Source: Nitrospirota bacterium (GTDB taxonomy: Bacteria > Nitrospirota > JACRHJ01). From it: 22,551 bases of DNA. The DNA is taken from assembly GCA_963733375.1 (NCBI GenBank), contig CAVTDB010000012.1, positions 1-22,551 of the forward strand. The letters are read 5' to 3'. Shown here piece after piece: positions 17,530 to 22,551 of the stretch. A model generated the notes under the pieces. That model was not told the origin of the DNA. It saw nothing but the letters and a program-made list of their open reading frames with translations, and made no database searches. The position numbers were made by a program, and so were the translations under genes. Each line of letters opens with the position of its first letter. The stretch's first letter is position 1.

Positions 17530-17558
17530 TTGAACATAGCCCCTCCCTCTGTTATGAT
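17530..17558 (+). promoter_or_regulatory. Putative buk promoter (leaderless or near-leaderless)
   Basis: TTGAAC, 17 bp, TATGAT with an extended-10 TG. ATG lies 8 nt later with no SD. Confidence 0.55.
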
Positions 17559-17566
17559 AGAGTGCT

Positions 17567-18656
17567 ATGGCCCCCTCAACCATCCTCGTCATCAACCCCG
17601 GCTCCACCTCCACGAAAATCGCGCTCTTTACCGGCGATGAAAAGGTATTCCAGGAAGACGTCGTCCACCCGGAAGAGGTATTAAGAAAATTCAAGGACAT
17701 CCCCTCGCAGCTTGCCTTCCGCATGGAGACGCTGATGGACGCCCTGCGGCTAAGGGCGGTGGATATCTCGAAACTGGACGCCGTGGCGGTGCGCGGCGGA
17801 CTGATGCGGCCCGTCAAAAGCGGAGTTTACCGGGTGACAAAGGAGATGGCGGAGGACTTAAGGGACTCGAAGACCCTCTGGGGCCGGGAGCACGCCTCGA
17901 ACCTCGGGGCTATGATGGGGCTGCAACTGGCTGAGGAATACGGCATCCCTGCATTCACGGCGGACCCGGTCACGGTTGACGAGCTGGACGATATAGCACG
18001 CGTTTCGGGAGTGCCTGAGATAAAGAGGCAAAGCCTCCTGCACGCGCTGAATATCAAGGAGCGCATCCGCCGCGCGTCGCGCGACCTGGGGCTTAAAGTA
18101 GATGAGGCCAATTTCATAGCCGTACACATGGGCGGGGGGACGACCGTCGCGGCAATCAGGCGCGGAAGGATAGTCGACGTGAATAACGCGCTACTCGGCA
18201 TGGGCCCTTTCTCGCCTCTCCGGGCCGGCGCGCTCCCGACGGGCGACCTGCTGGAAATGGCGTATTCAGGCGAATATACTGAAGCCGTCGCTCAAGCGCA
18301 AATTAGTTTTTGAAAGCGGCCTGAAAGGATACCTGGGCACGGGCGACGTGCGGGAAATCGAGAGGCGTATCGAGGCCGGGGATAAGGCGGCGGAGCTGGT
18401 GCTGTCGGCTATGGCGTACCAGGTGTCTAAGGAAATAGGCGCGATGGCCGCGGCGCTCGAAGGCAAGGTTTCCGCTATTATCCTGACCGGCGGCGTGGCG
18501 TTCTCGGCAAGGGTTGCAAAAGAGGTTTCCGGGCGGGTGGAGTTTATAGCAAAGGTGCTCGTATATCCGGGGCAGGCGGAGATGGAGGCGCTGGCCTGGC
18601 ATGCACAGGCGGCGCTATCAGGAGAGGAACGGGTACTTCATTATGGACAGGATTAG
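17567..18656 (+). CDS. buk: Butyrate (branched-chain carboxylate) kinase (frameshift near 18290)
   Basis: ILVINPGSTSTK, RGG, HASNLG, DPVTVDE, HALN, HMGGG, VNNAL.G.GPFSP.RAG, AMAYQVSKEIG, ILTGG, VYPG..EMEALA. Confidence 0.92.
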
Positions 18657-19590
18657 GAACTTCAGCGAACTGATGGCCGCGGCGAAACAGGCGAGGGAGT
18701 GTCTCACGCCTTACAGGGTGGCGGTATGCGCGGCGGAGGACAAAAGCACGGTCACCGCGATGGACACCGCCGCCCGCCTCGGGCTGGCAAGGCCCATCCT
18801 TATCGGCGAGCGGGCGCGGATCCTTGAGGTAATAAAAGAGAACGGCTTCGACCCGGGGCTTTTCGAGCTGATAGACATAAGCGGCGAGGACGAGAAGGTG
18901 GAGTTGGGCGTGAAGCTTATCCGCACGAAGGAAGCGGATATTTTGATGAAGGGCATGGTGCCGACTTCCACGTTCCTGAGCCCGATATTCAGGAAGGAGA
19001 ACGGCCTTTCCACGGGGTTCTTCATAAGCCACTGCGGGGTCTTGCAGGTACCGGGGTTCGACAGGCTTATCATCCAGACGGACGGCGGGATTAATATCGC
19101 CCCGGACCTCGAGATGAAAAAGGGGATAATCGCGAACGCGGTCTTCGTAGCCCGGAAGCTTTTGAGGATAGAAAGGCCGAAAGTCGCGCTTTTATCCGCG
19201 ACCGAGAAGGTGCATCCGAAAATTCAGTCAACGGTAGACGCGCATGATTTAGCTGTATGGGCGAAGGAGGCGATACCGGAGGCAGACGTGGAAGGGCCGC
19301 TCGCGCTCGACATTGCGGTCTCCGTGGACGCGGCTATGAGGAAGGGGATAACCGGGGCCGTCGCGGGGTTGGCCGACGTGCTGGTCTCGCCGAATATAGA
19401 GATGGGTAACGTGATATACAAGGCGCTCAGGCATTTCGCGAATGCGGAGGGCGCGGGGATAGTAGTCGGCGCGGGTTGCCCGATAATCCTCACATCGCGC
19501 TCCGACCCGCCGGCTGAGAAGATAAACGCCCTGGCGCTCGCGGTGCTCTACGGCGAGCACATAAACGAGGCGGGGTACAGGGTGAAATAG
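18643..19590 (+). CDS. ptb: Phosphate butyryltransferase / phosphate acyltransferase (PTA/PTB family)
   Basis: ADILMKG, TDGGINIAP, PKVALLSA, GPLALDIAVS, PNIEMGN, PIILTSRSD. Overlaps the buk stop. Confidence 0.88.
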   Translation: MDRIRNFSELMAAAKQARECLTPYRVAVCAAEDKSTVTAMDTAARLGLARPILIGERARILEVIKENGFDPGLFELIDISGEDEKVELGVKLIRTKEADILMKGMVPTSTFLSPIFRKENGLSTGFFISHCGVLQVPGFDRLIIQTDGGINIAPDLEMKKGIIANAVFVARKLLRIERPKVALLSATEKVHPKIQSTVDAHDLAVWAKEAIPEADVEGPLALDIAVSVDAAMRKGITGAVAGLADVLVSPNIEMGNVIYKALRHFANAEGAGIVVGAGCPIILTSRSDPPAEKINALALAVLYGEHINEAGYRVK

Positions 19591-19597
19591 GTAGCCT

Positions 19598-20183
19598 ATG
19601 CCTCATCCCCGCGTAATCACCATATCCGGCTCTCATAGCGGCGTCGGAAAGACGTACCTGGCCACACTCCTTATAAGGAGCCTCCCCGGTTTCGCCGCGA
19701 TAAAGGTGACGCATGACGACCTCCTCGTTTTCGTTACGGACGACGAGGCCGAGATTATGCGTCCCGGCAAGGACACCGCCCTGATGAGACAGGCCGGGGC
19801 TAAGGAAGTGATATGGATACGCGCCGGGGAGCGCGACCTCTCCGACGCCCTCTCGATTGCCTTTGATATGGTCTATAAATCGGGCGCTCCGGGCGTAATC
19901 ATCGAGGGGAATGCCGCGGCAAGGATTCTAAAGCCGGACCTGGCGTTTTTCGTCGCGGGAGAGAGCCTCAAGGAGATGAAGCCGGGGGCGCTGGAAAACC
20001 TTAAAAAATGCGACGTTGTCGCCTTAAACTCTCCGCCGGTCCAGCTCTCGACGGGCGTCCGGCCTGACTCCGGAGCTTGAGACGGCCATCCGGGAACATA
20101 ACCGGACCGCCTTAATATGCCCGGTGGAACGGTTCATCAGTCCCGATGAAGAGATAGCCGAGCTTTTCCGCCGCCTGGCCTGA
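19598..20183 (+). CDS. MobB-like P-loop NTPase of unknown function (frameshift near 20060)
   Basis: Walker A GSHSGVGKT, IKVTH, GKDT..MRQAGA, VIIEG. Continues in another frame as PELETAIREHN...LFRRLA*. Confidence 0.65.
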
Positions 20184-20226
20184 ACCTTGTTTTGTTTGCC
20201 AGCCTGGCCCTTTACCCGCCTTTACC

Positions 20227-20255
20227 TTGATTTTATATTACGAGTGTGGTATTTT
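20227..20255 (+). promoter_or_regulatory. Putative promoter of the sensor kinase
   Basis: TTGATT, 17 bp, TATTTT with an extended-10 TG, in an AT-rich gap. Confidence 0.4.
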
Positions 20256-20290
20256 AGACACACTTTTTACTCACCCCAAAGAGAATTTTA

Positions 20291-22513
20291 ATGCCCGAGA
20301 AGGACGCATCCCCCCGCCCACCCCGTTCCGGACCATCCAGGAGCCGCAGGACGCTCTTGCTTATCGCCGGTTTTTTATTCTTGACCATCGCGGCGACCGT
20401 GGTGGAGATCCTCGCAAAATCCCATCAGCAGAGGCCTCTAATCGGCAACGTGATGGCGCTCGGCCTTTTAAATATCAACGTCATCCTGCTCGTCGTCCTC
20501 CTGCTCCTGCTGGGCCGCCAGCTGGCCAAGATATATTTCGAGAAGAAGAAAAGCCCCTTCGGCGCGGGTTTCAAGACTAAATTAGTCACCGCCTTCATCG
20601 CCCTGTCGATCGTCCCGGCGGGCCTTTTGTTTATCGTCGCATCCGGACTGTTGACCGGCGGTGTAAAATACTGGTTCGGCCCGCGCATCGAGGGCGCGGT
20701 GCTGGACTCCATCTCCATTGCGCGGGAGTACAGGGCGGAAAAAACCAGAGACGCCCTGCACTACGCCCAGGTGATGGCCCAGCGGCTATCTGAAAATAAA
20801 AAGCCGGCCGACATGAAAACCTTCTCACGGAGCGCGCGGGACGAATACCGGATAGACTTGGTCGAGGTCTATTCAAGGAATAAGAAAATTCTGGCCGCGG
20901 CTGGGCGGGGGAAGTATGTCAGGGCGCCCTCCTCGGGCGAAAACATCCTCAGTGAGGCCCTGGATAAAGGCAAGCCGGTTTCGGCGTCCGAGACAAGGCG
21001 CATGGGAGAGGTCATAAGCGGCGCGGCTGTATTCAAAGACCGCTCCGGACGGCCAGGCGGTGTCGTCGTGGCGAGCTATTTCATCTCGCCCGTGATATCC
21101 GCGAACCTTGCGGACGTCTCCAGGTTCTATAAGGAATACTGGAACCTGCGCACGTTCAAGAACCCCCTGAAGGAAAGCTACCTGCTCTCCTTCATGCTGA
21201 TAACCCTGGTCATCCTCTTCGCCGCGCTCTGGTTCGGGCTGTACCTCTCGCGCATCATTACCGTGCCCATCACCTCCCTTGCCGAGGCCACGGATACAAT
21301 CTCCAAGGGCGATTACGACGTGAAGATAGACGTGGTCGCCAGCGACGAGATCGGGGTGCTGGTCGATTCCTTTAAAAGGATGACGCGGGATTTGAAGTTC
21401 TCCCGCCACAGGCTGAACCAGGCCAACGAAACCTTAAGCCGCGCAAACGAACTCCTGGAGCAGCGGCGGCAGTTCATAGAGACCGTGTTAGAGAACGTAA
21501 ATACCGGAGTGCTGACCATCGACCGGGGGGGCAGGATAAGCACGTTCAACGGCGCGGCCCAGCGCATCCTGGAGATGGGCGCGGATGAGGGGGTCGGCAA
21601 GAACTACCGTGATATTTTCGAGTTCCACCAGCTTGAGGAGATACGCGAACAGATAGGTCCCATGGCGGAAGACGGCTCAAGCATGGAGAAAGAAATCCAG
21701 CTGACCGTCGGCCGCAGGGCCCTTAACTTAAGGCTTTTCGTCTCGCCCCTGAAGGACGCGCAGGGCGGATACCTGGGTACGCTCGTGGTGTTCGACGACA
21801 TGACGGAACTGATAAGGGCGCAGCGCGCGGCGGCCTGGAAGGAAGTAGCGAGAAGGATAGCCCACGAGGTGAAGAACCCGCTCACGCCGATACAGCTCTC
21901 CGCGCAGAGGTTACGGAAGCGGTACCTTGAAGGGACGGGGGACTACGGCAACATAGTCGACGAGTGTACCTCCATGATAATAAATCAGGTGGAGGGGATG
22001 AAGAACCTCGTCGACGAGTTCTCCCGTTTCGCCCGGATGCCGAATGCTCGCCCGTGCCGAACGACCTGCACGGCATCATCGACGAGGTGGCTACGCTCTT
22101 CGGCGGGGCGCACAAGGACATCGAGATATGGCGCGAGTTCGACATCAATATGCCCGCGATAAAAGTGGACAAAGAGCAGCTGAAACGGGTATTCCTTAAC
22201 CTGTTCGACAATGCCGTTACCGCGATGGACGGAAGCGGCAAAGTCAGCGTGGCGACGGCCTACGACAGGCGAGCCCGGATAGCGCGGATTACGGTCGCAG
22301 AGTGGCCCGGGGATTCTGCCGGAGGACAGGGAGAAGTTGTTTCAGCCCTATTTCTCCAAGAAGAAATCCGGCACCGGCCTTGGCCTTGCGATAGTGAGCC
22401 GCATCGTCGCCGACCACGGCGGCTACATCCGCGTGGAAGGCAATAGCCCGCACGGCGCGAAGTTCGTAATCGAGCTTCCGGCGGGAGGAAAAAAATGGAT
22501 TTTTCACAAGTAA
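20291..22513 (+). CDS. NtrY-like HAMP-PAS sensor histidine kinase (frameshifts near 22050 and 22300)
   Basis: 3 N-terminal TMs, periplasmic domain, TM, HAMP (DEIGVLVDSF), PAS, H-box AWKEVARRIAHEVKNPLTPIQLSA, N-box NLFDNA, and FQPYFS..KSGTGLGLAIV. Confidence 0.9.
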
Positions 22514-22535
22514 TTAAATTATAAATAGGTGAAAT

Positions 22536-22551
22536 TTGTCCAACATCCTGA
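22536..22551 (+). CDS. Possible start of the cognate response regulator (partial)
   Basis: AGGTGA RBS then TTG TCC AAC ATC CTG (MSNIL..), resembling a receiver-domain start. Only 5 codons are visible. Confidence 0.3.

Noticed and set aside
1176-22507. Numerous antisense and alternate-frame ORFs in the track (e.g. 2833..3990-, 11608..12213-, 16328..16987-, 12504..12785+)
   Set aside because: Shadow ORFs of GC-rich genes or repeat-derived peptides, with no recognisable motifs.
372-22513. About 17 frameshifts suggesting mass pseudogenisation or programmed frameshifting
   Set aside because: They hit essential or conserved genes (yidC, mnmE, mnmG), all motifs remain intact, several sit at short homopolymers, and I saw no shared slippery motif. 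Uncorrected long-read indels explain them best. Short-read polishing would settle it.

Overview
Origin-proximal housekeeping region of a GC-rich diderm bacterium, followed by an energy/signalling block. The gene order is: (rnpA end?)-yidD-yidC-mnmE-mnmG-[HExxH membrane protein]-rsmG-parA-parB-bactofilin-mnmA-divergent PEP carboxykinase, then rmuC on the minus strand, then a decaheme MtrA/MtoA-type cytochrome and its MtrB-type porin, buk-ptb, a MobB-like P-loop protein and an NtrY-like sensor kinase. Two parS sites are present. Many genes, including essential yidC, are split by small indels that look like long-read assembly errors, so I stitched ORFs by homology and junction positions are approximate. 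Main unexplained signals: (1) an A/T-rich repeat family of 15 hairpin units whose tail is always the mirror image of the adjacent stem arm, with covariation, which is the geometry of an intrastrand triplex; (2) two of these units read in frame inside the MnmE GTPase domain; (3) a hairpin-rich insertion of about 65 codons in rsmG; (4) a stand-alone MtrAB conduit whose promoter is bracketed by a perfect 13-bp inverted repeat (candidate invertible promoter or RNA switch) and overlapped by a palindromic operator.
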